Origin: Flavobacteriales bacterium
GTDB lineage: Bacteria; Bacteroidota; Bacteroidia; Flavobacteriales; UBA7430
Direction of reading: 5' to 3'
Length of the DNA: 64,000 nucleotides
NCBI GenBank assembly: GCA_965662265.1
Contig: CBFIGX010000007.1
Span: 34,775-98,774, forward strand
Made by a program: the position numbers and the translations under genes. This document shows, piece by piece, positions 31,833 to 40,866 of this stretch (the first letter of the stretch is position 1; each line of letters starts with the position of its first letter). The notes under the pieces are model-generated. The model worked only from the letters and a program-made list of their open reading frames with translations, did not search any database and was not told the DNA's origin.

Positions 31833-32135
31833 ATGGATGTTAGATTTCACTCGGTAAACTTCACAGCTGATGTTAAGTTGCTAAATTTTATTCAAAGAAA
31901 AATGAATAAACTGGAATTATATTTTGACAATGTCGTTAACGCAGATGCATATTTAAAGGTTGAGCCTTCGAATTCAAGAGATAATAAGTTTGTTGAACTC
32001 AAATTAAGTGTTCCAGGAAAAGATTTGATTGTAAAGAAGAGTTCTAAAACATTTGAAGAAGCCGCTGACATTAGTGTTGGTGCCTTGAAAAGATCATTGT
32101 TGAGGTACAAAGAAAAGTTAAAATCAACGATGTAG
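31833..32135 (+). CDS. hpf: Ribosome hibernation promoting factor (HPF/RaiA/YfiA family, short form)
   Basis: 100 aa; the pattern NFTADVKLLNFIQRKMNKLELYFDNVVNADAYLK is typical of sigma-54 modulation/HPF proteins. Confidence 0.85.
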   Translation: MDVRFHSVNFTADVKLLNFIQRKMNKLELYFDNVVNADAYLKVEPSNSRDNKFVELKLSVPGKDLIVKKSSKTFEEAADISVGALKRSLLRYKEKLKSTM

Positions 32136-32184
32136 AAAAAAAAGTAATTCAATATTTGTAGTACAGTATAAGTTTTTTAAATTT

Positions 32185-32213
32185 GCAGTCTCTTTTGCGG
32201 AGGCTGCTTTTTT
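32185..32213 (+). terminator. Rho-independent terminator after hpf
   Basis: GCAGTCTC/GAGGCTGC stem with one G.U pair and a 7-nt loop, followed by T6. Confidence 0.65.
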
Positions 32214-32239
32214 ATGCACTGAAGTATTTGAGGAAAAAA

Positions 32240-32313
32240 GCCGATGTAGCTCAGCTGGCTAGAGCAGCTGATTTGTAATCAGCAGGTCGTGGGTTCGAGT
32301 CCCTCCATCGGCT
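32240..32313 (+). tRNA. tRNA-Thr (anticodon UGU)
   Basis: Manual cloverleaf: acceptor GCCGATG/CATCGGC, D arm GCTC/GAGC, anticodon stem GCTGA/TCAGC with loop TTTGTAA (TGT at 32274-32276), TTCGAGT T-loop. One U.U mismatch in the T stem. CCA is not encoded. Confidence 0.9.
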
Positions 32314-32341
32314 CAACGTTCTTTTAGAAATAATATTTTGG

Positions 32342-32423
32342 GGTGGGATACTCAAGCGGTCAACGAGGGCAGACTGTAAATCTGCTGGCTTAGCCTTCGA
32401 AGGTTCGAATCCTTCTCCCACCA
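32342..32423 (+). tRNA. tRNA-Tyr (anticodon GUA), class II with long variable arm
   Basis: Acceptor GGTGGGA/TCCCACC, anticodon stem GCAGA/TCTGC with loop CTGTAAA (GTA at 32376-32378), T arm GAAGG-TTCGAAT-CCTTC. Confidence 0.92.
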
Positions 32424-32429
32424 CTATAA

Positions 32430-32502
32430 GCGAGAGTAGCTCAATTGGTAGAGCGTCAGCCTTCCAAGCTGAGGGTTGCGGGTTCGAGTCCCGTCTCTCG
32501 CT
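32430..32502 (+). tRNA. tRNA-Gly (anticodon UCC)
   Basis: Acceptor GCGAGAG/CTCTCGC, anticodon stem TCAGC/GCTGA with loop CTTCCAA (TCC at 32463-32465), T arm GCGGG-TTCGAGT-CCCGT. Confidence 0.92.
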
Positions 32503-32506
32503 CAAT

Positions 32507-32529
32507 TTGTCACACGGGGTGGCAATTTT
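32507..32529 (+). other. Short hairpin plus T4 between tRNA-Gly and tuf (possible processing or weak termination signal)
   Basis: TTGTCAC/GTGGCAA 7-bp stem with one G.U pair and a 5-nt loop, followed by TTTT. Confidence 0.3.
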
Positions 32530-32566
32530 ATTAACTTAGTTTTTAATACTTTTAAGCTAACTTATC

Positions 32567-33754
32567 ATGGCAAAAGAAACTTTTCAAAGAGGTAAGCCGC
32601 ACTTAAACATTGGTACTATTGGTCACGTTGACCATGGTAAGACAACTCTTACTGCTGCCATTACTACTGTGTTGGCTACCGATGGTCTTGCTGCAAAACA
32701 AGACTTCGATGCAATCGACAACGCTCCAGAAGAAAAAGAGCGTGGTATTACAATTAACACATCTCATGTCGAGTACGAAACTGCTAACCGTCATTACGCT
32801 CATGTTGACTGTCCAGGTCACGCCGATTATGTAAAGAATATGGTTACTGGTGCAGCTCAGATGGATGGTGCTATCTTGGTTGTTGCTGCAACTGATGGTC
32901 CTATGCCACAAACACGAGAGCATATCCTACTTGCACGTCAGGTTGGTGTACCTCGTATCGTGGTATTCATGAACAAGGTTGATATGGTTGATGACGAAGA
33001 ATTATTAGAATTAGTAGACATGGAAATCCGTGACTTACTATCTTTCTATGAATTCGACGGTGACAACACTCCAGTAGTTCAAGGATCTGCGCTTGGTGCA
33101 TTAAACGGTGAAGGCAAATGGGTTGATACCGTAAAAGAATTAATGAATCAGGTGGATTCATGGATTGAAATGCCAGTTCGTGATGTTGAGAAAGATTTCT
33201 TGATGCCAGTTGAAGATGTATTCTCAATTACTGGACGTGGTACTGTTGCTACAGGACGTATCGAAACAGGTGTTGGTAACTCAGGTGATACAGTTGATAT
33301 CTTAGGTATGGGTGCAGCTGCGGGTATGCAGTCAACTATTACAGGGGTAGAGATGTTCCGTAAAATCCTAGATAGAGGTGAAGCTGGTGACAACGTAGGT
33401 TTATTATTACGTGGTATTGAAAAATCAGACATCAAAAGAGGTATGGTAATCTGTAAGCCAGGTTCTGTAACACCTCACGATAAATTTAAAGCCGAGGTAT
33501 ATATTTTGAAGAAAGAAGAGGGTGGTCGTCACACTCCTTTCCATAATAAATATCGCCCTCAGTTCTACATCCGTACAACAGACGTTACAGGTGAAATTAT
33601 TCTACCTGATGGAACTGAAATGGTTATGCCCGGGGATAACTTAACTATTACTGTTAATTTAATTAACACAGTAGCACTTAACAAAGGTTTACGTTTCGCG
33701 ATACGTGAAGGTGGTAGAACTGTAGGTGCTGGACAGGTAACTGACATCCTTTAA
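32567..33754 (+). CDS. tuf: Elongation factor Tu
   Basis: [18 protein letters not shown] and NKVD GTPase motifs; 395 aa. Confidence 0.98.
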   Translation: MAKETFQRGKPHLNIGTIGHVDHGKTTLTAAITTVLATDGLAAKQDFDAIDNAPEEKERGITINTSHVEYETANRHYAHVDCPGHADYVKNMVTGAAQMDGAILVVAATDGPMPQTREHILLARQVGVPRIVVFMNKVDMVDDEELLELVDMEIRDLLSFYEFDGDNTPVVQGSALGALNGEGKWVDTVKELMNQVDSWIEMPVRDVEKDFLMPVEDVFSITGRGTVATGRIETGVGNSGDTVDILGMGAAAGMQSTITGVEMFRKILDRGEAGDNVGLLLRGIEKSDIKRGMVICKPGSVTPHDKFKAEVYILKKEEGGRHTPFHNKYRPQFYIRTTDVTGEIILPDGTEMVMPGDNLTITVNLINTVALNKGLRFAIREGGRTVGAGQVTDIL

Positions 33755-33782
33755 TAAGAGGATTATACTATAAACACATAAA

Positions 33783-33809
33783 AGAGTGAGTCTTAGTACT
33801 CACTCTTTT
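33783..33809 (+). terminator. Terminator-like hairpin after tuf
   Basis: AGAGTGAG/CTCACTCT 8-bp stem with an 8-nt loop and only a short T run. It ends 6 nt before tRNA-Trp. Confidence 0.5.
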
Positions 33810-33815
33810 GTTCAA

Positions 33816-33886
33816 ACGGATATGGTGCAATGGTAGCATGCCGGTCTCCAAAACCGTTGATGGGAGTTCGAATCTCTCTATCCGTG
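33816..33886 (+). tRNA. tRNA-Trp (anticodon CCA)
   Basis: Acceptor ACGGATA/TATCCGT, anticodon loop CTCCAAA (CCA at 33848-33850), T arm GGGAG-TTCGAAT-CTCTC. One C.U mismatch at the top of the anticodon stem. Confidence 0.9.
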
Positions 33887-33906
33887 CATTAATAAAAGCT
33901 AAGACT

Positions 33907-34089
33907 ATGAAGCAATACGTTATAGAATCTTATCAAGAATTGAAAAATAAAGTTACTTGGCCAACTTGGACTCAGCTCCAATCTAGTAGTATATTAGTAG
34001 CTATATCTTCAGTGATTATTGCATTAATTATCGGATTGATGGATGTGGGTTTTGATACCATTCTTGGTGAGTTTTATAAGATTTTCTAA
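33907..34089 (+). CDS. secE: Preprotein translocase subunit SecE
   Basis: 60 aa with a single C-terminal TM segment (SILVAISSVIIALIIGLMDVGF), located between tRNA-Trp and nusG. ATG 33907 was chosen because the ORF-track start overlaps the tRNA. Confidence 0.85.
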   Translation: MKQYVIESYQELKNKVTWPTWTQLQSSSILVAISSVIIALIIGLMDVGFDTILGEFYKIF

Positions 34090-34109
34090 AACAGAAGAAA
34101 AGAATTCTG

Positions 34110-34661
34110 ATGACTGAGTTGAAGAAAAGATGGTATGTAGTGAGAGCTATTTCTGGTCAAGAAGCTAAAGTTAAGCTATATATTGAAAAAGAGATAGATC
34201 ACTTAGGAATGCAAAATTATGTTGCCCAAGTACTGGTGCCAACAGAAAAAGTATACCAAGTTAGAAATGGCAAAAAGGTTAGTAAAGAAAGAAATTACTT
34301 TCCTGGATACGTTCTAATAGAAGCTGCTTTAGTAGGAGAAGTAGTCCATACAATTAAATCTATAACTGGAGTGATAGGTTTTTTAGGTGCAACTAAGGGA
34401 GGAGATCCTGTTCCCCTCAGATTAACAGAGGTAAACAGAATTTTAGGTAAAGTTGACGAATTAGCAGAATCTGAGGAGCTAATTAACGTTCCGTACGTTA
34501 TTGGTGAGACAGTAAAAGTAATAGACGGTCCATTTAACGGATTTAATGGATTGATAGAAAAAATTGATGAAGATAAACGCAAGTTATTGGTTATGGTTAA
34601 AATTTTCGGAAGAAAAACACCTCTCGAACTTAACTTCATGCAAGTAGAAAAAGAATCATAA
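34110..34661 (+). CDS. nusG: Transcription termination/antitermination factor NusG
   Basis: NGN domain (WYVVRAISGQEAKV) and KOW domain (GETVKVIDGPFNGFNGLIEKID). Confidence 0.96.
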   Translation: MTELKKRWYVVRAISGQEAKVKLYIEKEIDHLGMQNYVAQVLVPTEKVYQVRNGKKVSKERNYFPGYVLIEAALVGEVVHTIKSITGVIGFLGATKGGDPVPLRLTEVNRILGKVDELAESEELINVPYVIGETVKVIDGPFNGFNGLIEKIDEDKRKLLVMVKIFGRKTPLELNFMQVEKES

Positions 34662-34747
34662 TGATTTAAATGTTGATTTGGGGTGATAATAATATAATGC
34701 TTCCTAACCCTGAACAGATATTTACTAACTAGTATAAAAACAACAAA

Positions 34748-35188
34748 ATGGCAAAAGAGATAGTTGGGCTCATTAAATTGCAAGTAAGAGGTGGTGCTGC
34801 AAACCCTTCGCCACCAGTAGGTCCTGCCTTGGGTGCGAAAGGTGTTAACATCATGGAGTTCTGTAAGCAATTTAACGCTCGTACGCAGGATAAAGCTGGT
34901 AAGGTACTTCCTGTCGCAATTACTGTTTACGCTGACAAGTCATTTGACTTTGTGATCAAGACGCCTCCAGCGGCTGTTCAATTATTGGAAGCAGCAAAAG
35001 TTAAAAAAGGTTCACCAGAATCAAACAGAAAAAAGGTAGCCAAGGTAACTTGGGATCAAGTACGTGCGATTGCTGAAGATAAAATGCCTGATTTAAATTG
35101 CTTTAAGGTGGAGTCTGCAATGAAAATGGTTGCTGGAACAGCAAGAAGTATGGGTATTACTGTAATAGGAGAATTTCCTTCTGCTTAA
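34748..35188 (+). CDS. rplK: 50S ribosomal protein L11
   Basis: [35 protein letters not shown] is a canonical L11 N-terminus. Confidence 0.97.
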   Translation: MAKEIVGLIKLQVRGGAANPSPPVGPALGAKGVNIMEFCKQFNARTQDKAGKVLPVAITVYADKSFDFVIKTPPAAVQLLEAAKVKKGSPESNRKKVAKVTWDQVRAIAEDKMPDLNCFKVESAMKMVAGTARSMGITVIGEFPSA

Positions 35189-35200
35189 TCATATTTAGAC

Positions 35201-35890
35201 ATGGCAAAGCTTACTAAAAAACAAAAAAAAGTTGCTGCAAAATTTGATGTAGCAAAAGTATACAATGTATCTGAAGCGAGTTCAATCGTGAAAGACACTA
35301 CATCTGCAAAATTTGATGCAAGTGTAGATTTAGCTATTCGTTTAGGAGTTGACCCACGTAAAGCCAATCAAATGGTTCGTGGTGTTGTAACACTCCCACA
35401 CGGTACAGGAAAGGATATAAATGTGTTGGTTCTTTGTACTCCCGACAAGGCTGAAGAGGCAAAGGCAGCAGGCGCTGATCATGTTGGGTTAGATGAATAT
35501 ATCGAGAAAATCAAAGGTGGTTGGACTGATGTAGACGTTATTATTACAATGCCTAGTTGTATGGGTAAATTAGGTCCATTAGGTAGAGTTCTAGGTCCAA
35601 GAGGCTTAATGCCTAACCCTAAAACTGGTACCGTAACTATGGATGTTGCAAAAGCTGTTACTGATGTAAAGGCTGGTAAAATTGACTTTAAAGTAGATAA
35701 GTATGGAATTATTCACGCTGGTGTTGCAAAGGCTTCTTTTGATGCAAACAAAATTGCAGACAATGCTAATGAATTAATCCAAACTATTGTTAAGTTAAAA
35801 CCATCATCTGCAAAAGGCACGTATATCAAAAGTATTACAATGTCTAGTACGATGGGTGCTGGTGTGAAAGTTGACTTAAAGTCAATATAA
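35201..35890 (+). CDS. rplA: 50S ribosomal protein L1
   Basis: 229 aa with [30 protein letters not shown]; conserved position after rplK. Confidence 0.97.
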   Translation: MAKLTKKQKKVAAKFDVAKVYNVSEASSIVKDTTSAKFDASVDLAIRLGVDPRKANQMVRGVVTLPHGTGKDINVLVLCTPDKAEEAKAAGADHVGLDEYIEKIKGGWTDVDVIITMPSCMGKLGPLGRVLGPRGLMPNPKTGTVTMDVAKAVTDVKAGKIDFKVDKYGIIHAGVAKASFDANKIADNANELIQTIVKLKPSSAKGTYIKSITMSSTMGAGVKVDLKSI

Positions 35891-35920
35891 TACTTAGCTA
35901 ATCTAAAATACCTAAGGGTT

Positions 35921-36448
35921 ATGACAAGAGAAGAGAAAAAACAAGCAATCGATAAACTGACCGAATTATTAGCCGAAAGTAAGAATGTTTACTTAGCCGA
36001 TATCTCCGGGATGGATTCTGATCAAACGAGCAAGTTACGTAGACTATGCTTTAGTAAAGGTGTTACACTACAAGTAGTTAAGAACACGTTATTAAAGAAA
36101 GCTATGGAGTCTTGTGAAAAAGATTATAATGAACTGTATGATGTTCTTAAAGGTAATACATCAATGATGGTTTCGGAGACTTCAAATGCTCCAGCAAAAG
36201 CTATCACTGAATTTCTTAAGAAGAATAAAAATGCAGAAAAACCTTTATTTAAAGGTGCACATGTTGAGGAGTCTGTCTATACAGCTGATCAACTAAGCGT
36301 TCTAGAAAGTTTAAAGTCCAAAGAAGAGTTGATTGGAGAAATAATTACGTTACTCCAATCTCCAGCCAAAAATGTTATTTCTGGCCTGAGTTCAGGAGGA
36401 AGTACTTTAGCTGGACTTATGAAGACTTTAGAAGAACGTGCACAATAA
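35921..36448 (+). CDS. rplJ: 50S ribosomal protein L10
   Basis: 175 aa, L10-like N-terminus, conserved position between rplA and rplL. Confidence 0.93.
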   Translation: MTREEKKQAIDKLTELLAESKNVYLADISGMDSDQTSKLRRLCFSKGVTLQVVKNTLLKKAMESCEKDYNELYDVLKGNTSMMVSETSNAPAKAITEFLKKNKNAEKPLFKGAHVEESVYTADQLSVLESLKSKEELIGEIITLLQSPAKNVISGLSSGGSTLAGLMKTLEERAQ

Positions 36449-36508
36449 ATTTGTACGCACTCTATTTCCATATAAATTAATTAAGAAACCAAATTAAAAA
36501 ACATAATC

Positions 36509-36883
36509 ATGGCAGATTTGAAAGAGTTCGCTGAACAATTGGTTAACCTAACAGTGAAAGAAGTTAACGAATTAGCAACAATATTAAAAGATGAATACGG
36601 TATCGAACCAGCAGCTGCGGCTGTTGCTGTAGCAGGAGCTCCTGCTGCTGGAGGAGACTCTAGCGAAGAGCAAACTGAATTCGATGTAATTCTTAAAGCA
36701 GCAGGTAGCTCTAAGTTAGCTGTTGTAAAACTAGTTAAAGAATTAACTGGTGCTGGCCTAAAAGAAGCGAAAGGAATCGTTGATAGCGCTCCAGCTCCAT
36801 TAAAAGAAGGTATTGCTAAAGATGAAGCGGAAGCTCTTAAAGCTCAATTAGAAGCTGCAGGTGCTGAAGTAGAGTTGAAGTAA
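36509..36883 (+). CDS. rplL: 50S ribosomal protein L7/L12
   Basis: Ala-rich hinge ([15 protein letters not shown]) and C-terminal domain [19 protein letters not shown]...[11 protein letters not shown]. Confidence 0.97.
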   Translation: MADLKEFAEQLVNLTVKEVNELATILKDEYGIEPAAAAVAVAGAPAAGGDSSEEQTEFDVILKAAGSSKLAVVKLVKELTGAGLKEAKGIVDSAPAPLKEGIAKDEAEALKAQLEAAGAEVELK

Positions 36884-36906
36884 TATTTTTTACTTAAAAT
36901 ACTCAA

Positions 36907-36950
36907 GGTTTAGACTTCTGAACTTAAGTTCAGAAGTCTAAGCCCTTTTG
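36907..36950 (+). terminator. rplL-rpoB intercistronic attenuator/terminator hairpin
   Basis: A 19-bp stem (GGTTTAGACTTCTGAACTT/AAGTTCAGAAGTCTAAGCC) around a perfect palindrome core, followed by CTTTTGTGCTTTTG. Confidence 0.65.
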
Positions 36951-36994
36951 TGCTTTTGAATAGTCCACTTATTTTTCATTAAAATTTTTGTCCA

Positions 36995-39900
36995 TTGGCT
37001 CAGACAAAATCAAACGAAAGAATCAGTTTTGCTTCCATCAAGTCGCAACTACAATATCCAGATTTCCTAGATATTCAGTTGAAGTCATTTGAGGATTTTT
37101 TCCAATTGGAAACAAAATCTGAAGACCGCGAAAACGAAGGTCTGTTTAAAGTATTTAGTGAAAACTTCCCAATATCAGATACGAGGAATAACTTCGTACT
37201 AGAGTTCTTGGATTACTTTGTTGATCCACCACGTTATGAACTTGACGAATGTATTGAGAGAGGTTTAACATTTAGTGTTCCACTTAAAGCTAGATTAAAG
37301 CTTTACTGTACAGACCCTGAACACGAAGACTTTGAAACTATTGTTCAAGATGTGTATCTTGGAACTATACCATACATGACTCCTAGAGGTACCTTTGTGA
37401 TCAATGGTGCAGAGCGTGTTTGTGTTTCTCAGTTACACCGATCACCTGGTGTATTCTTCGGTCAGAGTTACCACGCTAACGGAACAAAGCTATATTCTGC
37501 TAGGGTAATACCTTTCAAAGGTTCTTGGATAGAATTTGCAACAGACATCAATGCAGTTATGTATGCTTACATCGACCGTAAGAAGAAGTTACCTGTAACT
37601 ACTCTTCTTCGTGCAATGGGCTACGAAAGGGATAAAGACATACTAGAAATCTTTGACCTTGCAGAAGAAGTGAAAGTAAGTAAAGCAGGGCTCAAGAGAG
37701 TTTTAGGTCGTAAGCTTGTTGCTCGTGTACTTAGAACTTGGTTTGAGGATTTCGTTGATGAGGACACAGGAGAAGTGGTATCCATAGAACGAAATGAAGT
37801 TGTTTTAGATCGTGATACAATCCTTGAGAAAGAACATATAGCGGTTATAGTTGAATCAGATGTTAAGACAATTCTTCTTCATAAAGAAAATGCTGAAGCA
37901 TCCGAATTCGCTATTATTCACAATACATTACAAAAAGATCCTACTAATTCAGAAAAAGAAGCTGTAGAGCATATTTACAGACAACTTCGTAATGCCGAGC
38001 CGCCAGATGAAGAAACAGCAAGAGGTATTATCGATAAATTATTCTTCTCTGAAACTAGATATAGCTTAGGTGAAGTAGGTCGTTACAGGATTAACAAGAA
38101 ATTAAATCTAGACCTAGGGCTTGACGAAGCTACTCTAACTAAAGTAGACATAATACTTATTATTAAATACTTGATTGAATTAGTAAACTCTAAGGCTGAG
38201 GTGGATGATATTGACCACTTAAGTAATCGTAGAGTTCGTACGGTAGGTGAACAATTAAACAATCAGTTTGGTGTTGGTTTAGCGCGTATGGCAAGAACTA
38301 TTCGTGAGCGTATGAATGTTCGTGACAACGAAGTGTTTACTCCAATTGATTTGATTAATGCGAAGACTCTGTCATCAGTAATTAATTCATTCTTTGGTAC
38401 CAACCAACTTTCTCAGTTTATGGACCAAACAAATCCATTAGCTGAAATTACTCATAAAAGACGTCTTTCAGCTCTAGGACCAGGAGGTTTATCAAGAGAG
38501 AGAGCTGGATTTGAGGTTCGTGATGTTCACTACACTCACTATGGCCGATTATGTCCTATTGAAACACCTGAAGGACCAAATATTGGTCTTATTTCTTCAC
38601 TTTGTGTCTTTGCCAAAGTGAATAAAATGGGATTCATAGAAACACCTTATAGAAGCGTTGTTGATGGGGTTGTAGACTTGAAGAATCCACCAGCATATCT
38701 TAGCGCCGAAGAAGAAGAAGAAAAAATCATTGCTCAGGCTAATGCTCCTGTTAATGCCAATGGTTCTTTTGATTCCGAAATGGTAAAAGCTCGTGATAAA
38801 GGAGACTACCCTGTTATAGAGCCAAACAAATTAGAGTACATGGATGTTGCTCCTAATCAGATATCATCTATTTCAGCATCATTAATTCCATTTTTAGAGC
38901 ACGATGATGCAAACCGTGCTTTAATGGGGTCTAACATGATGCGTCAGGCAGTTCCATTAATGAAACCTGAAGCTCCAATTGTGGGTACTGGACTTGAATC
39001 TAGGGTTGCTTCTGACTCTCGTGTTCTAGTTAATGCAAAAGGTCCAGGTATAGTGGAGTATGTGGATGCGGACAAAATTATTATTAAATACGATAGAACT
39101 GAGGATCAAGCACTGGTAAGTTTTGATGATGATTCTGTAACCTATAAGTTAACCAAATTCCAAAAAACCAATCAAGGTACTAGTATCAATATTCGTCCTA
39201 TTGTAATGGAGGGAGATCGTGTTACTACTGGTCAAGTTTTAACTGAAGGTTATGCTACACAAAATGGTGAGCTAGCACTTGGTAAAAATATGAAAGTGGC
39301 ATTCATGCCATGGAATGGTTATAACTTTGAGGACGCCATTGTAATTTCTGAACGTGTTGTTCGTGAAGATATATTTACTTCCATACACATTGATGAATAT
39401 ACACTTGATGTTCGTGAAACAAAATTAGGCTCTGAAGAACTTACTCCTGACATACCTAACGTATCTGAAGAAGCTACTAAAGACTTAGATGAAAACGGAC
39501 TCATTAGAATAGGTGCTCATATAAAACCTGGCGACATACTTATTGGTAAGATTACACCAAAAGGAGAGTCTGACCCTTCACCAGAAGAAAAGTTATTAAG
39601 AGCAATATTTGGCGATAAAGCTGGTGATGTTAAAGACGCTTCATTAAAAGCATCTCCATCACTTCATGGGGTTGTTCTTGCTAAGAAATTATTTGCAAGA
39701 GCAATTAAAGATAAAAAATCTAGACAAGCAGATAAGGAAATTGTTCTTGATTTAGAAGAAGAATTTTCTGCAAATGCTAGTGCCCTCAAAACTAAGTTGA
39801 TAGAGAAATTAATCACTATTGTTTCTGGAAAAACCTGTCAAGGTGTTGTTAATGAATTGGGTGAAGTGGTTATTCCAAAGAGTAAGAAGTTTACGCAAAA

Positions 39901-40807
39901 ACTACTTAACTCTATCGAAGATTACTCTATCATTTCTACAGATGGTTGGACTACCGACAAATCAAAGAACCTTTTGGTAAACAACTTAATACATAATTAT
40001 AATATTAAGTTAAACGACTTAAAAGGTACTTTAAGGCGTAGGAAGTTTACACTTTCAGTTGGTGATGAATTGCCAGCGGGAATTTTAAAACTTGCCAAAG
40101 TTTATATCGCTAAAAAGCGAAAACTTAAAGTTGGTGATAAAATGGCTGGTCGTCACGGAAATAAAGGTATTGTTGCACGTATCGTAAGAGACGCAGACAT
40201 GCCATTCCTTGAAGACGGAACACCTGTAGATATAGTTCTAAATCCGCTAGGTGTACCTTCTCGTATGAATATTGGACAGATTTACGAAACTGTTTTAGGA
40301 TGGGCAGGCCAGAAATTAGGCAAAACCTATGCTACCCCTATCTTTGATGGTGCTTCATTAGACGAGATTACTGAACTTACAAATAAAGCAGGAATCCCTC
40401 AATATGGACACACTTATCTATATGATGGTGGTACTGGAGAGCGTTTCGATCAAGCTGCAACTGTTGGCGTTATTTATATGCTTAAACTAGGGCACATGGT
40501 AGACGATAAGATGCACGCTCGTTCTATAGGACCTTACTCATTAATAACACAACAACCATTAGGTGGTAAAGCACAATTTGGTGGTCAGCGTTTTGGTGAG
40601 ATGGAAGTATGGGCACTTGAGGCATATGGTGCTTCTAATATACTTCGCGAAATTCTAACCGTAAAGTCTGACGACGTTATAGGTAGAGCTAAGACTTACG
40701 AGTCTATCGTTAAAGGTAAAGTAATGCCTGAACCAGGACTTCCTGAATCATTCAATGTATTATTACATGAATTGAAAGGTTTAGGATTGAAGATCAGTTT
40801 ACAATAA
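36995..40807 (+). CDS. rpoB: DNA-directed RNA polymerase subunit beta
   Basis: 1270 aa with the typical strings NERISFAS...[16 protein letters not shown] and [18 protein letters not shown]. The apparent start is TTG at 36995; there is no upstream in-frame ATG. Confidence 0.96.
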   Translation: MAQTKSNERISFASIKSQLQYPDFLDIQLKSFEDFFQLETKSEDRENEGLFKVFSENFPISDTRNNFVLEFLDYFVDPPRYELDECIERGLTFSVPLKARLKLYCTDPEHEDFETIVQDVYLGTIPYMTPRGTFVINGAERVCVSQLHRSPGVFFGQSYHANGTKLYSARVIPFKGSWIEFATDINAVMYAYIDRKKKLPVTTLLRAMGYERDKDILEIFDLAEEVKVSKAGLKRVLGRKLVARVLRTWFEDFVDEDTGEVVSIERNEVVLDRDTILEKEHIAVIVESDVKTILLHKENAEASEFAIIHNTLQKDPTNSEKEAVEHIYRQLRNAEPPDEETARGIIDKLFFSETRYSLGEVGRYRINKKLNLDLGLDEATLTKVDIILIIKYLIELVNSKAEVDDIDHLSNRRVRTVGEQLNNQFGVGLARMARTIRERMNVRDNEVFTPIDLINAKTLSSVINSFFGTNQLSQFMDQTNPLAEITHKRRLSALGPGGLSRERAGFEVRDVHYTHYGRLCPIETPEGPNIGLISSLCVFAKVNKMGFIETPYRSVVDGVVDLKNPPAYLSAEEEEEKIIAQANAPVNANGSFDSEMVKARDKGDYPVIEPNKLEYMDVAPNQISSISASLIPFLEHDDANRALMGSNMMRQAVPLMKPEAPIVGTGLESRVASDSRVLVNAKGPGIVEYVDADKIIIKYDRTEDQALVSFDDDSVTYKLTKFQKTNQGTSINIRPIVMEGDRVTTGQVLTEGYATQNGELALGKNMKVAFMPWNGYNFEDAIVISERVVREDIFTSIHIDEYTLDVRETKLGSEELTPDIPNVSEEATKDLDENGLIRIGAHIKPGDILIGKITPKGESDPSPEEKLLRAIFGDKAGDVKDASLKASPSLHGVVLAKKLFARAIKDKKSRQADKEIVLDLEEEFSANASALKTKLIEKLITIVSGKTCQGVVNELGEVVIPKSKKFTQKLLNSIEDYSIISTDGWTTDKSKNLLVNNLIHNYNIKLNDLKGTLRRRKFTLSVGDELPAGILKLAKVYIAKKRKLKVGDKMAGRHGNKGIVARIVRDADMPFLEDGTPVDIVLNPLGVPSRMNIGQIYETVLGWAGQKLGKTYATPIFDGASLDEITELTNKAGIPQYGHTYLYDGGTGERFDQAATVGVIYMLKLGHMVDDKMHARSIGPYSLITQQPLGGKAQFGGQRFGEMEVWALEAYGASNILREILTVKSDDVIGRAKTYESIVKGKVMPEPGLPESFNVLLHELKGLGLKISLQ

Positions 40808-40818
40808 GTTATTTCAGA

Positions 40819-40840
40819 AGGAGTGTCTTATGACACTCCT
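40819..40840 (+). other. Perfect 9-bp hairpin in the rpoB-rpoC spacer (no T-tract)
   Basis: AGGAGTGTC-ttat-GACACTCCT, followed by AATTAAAAC. It is not terminator-like and may be an RNA processing or stability element. Confidence 0.4.
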
Positions 40841-40866
40841 AATTAAAACATTAATTTCTTCAGGAT

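Noticed and set aside
32178-32185. TAAATTTG -7-like box upstream of tRNA-Thr
   Set aside because: It overlaps the 5' arm of the hpf terminator hairpin, so a transcript starting there would run through that terminator. The call is too ambiguous to make.
30933-32502. Integrase next to a tRNA cluster as a marker of an integrated genomic island or prophage
   Set aside because: Housekeeping genes (hpf, tuf, secE, nusG) follow immediately. I saw no direct repeat of a tRNA 3' end and no phage, ICE or cargo genes.
32251-32505. 84-aa minus-strand ORF in the ORF track
   Set aside because: It lies entirely antisense to the three tRNA genes (Thr, Tyr, Gly). It is an artefact of GC-rich structured RNA sequence.
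34295-34870. 191-aa minus-strand ORF spanning the nusG 3' half, the spacer and the rplK start
   Set aside because: It is antisense to two highly conserved genes with unmistakable products. It has no recognisable motifs, and long antisense frames are common opposite strongly codon-biased genes.
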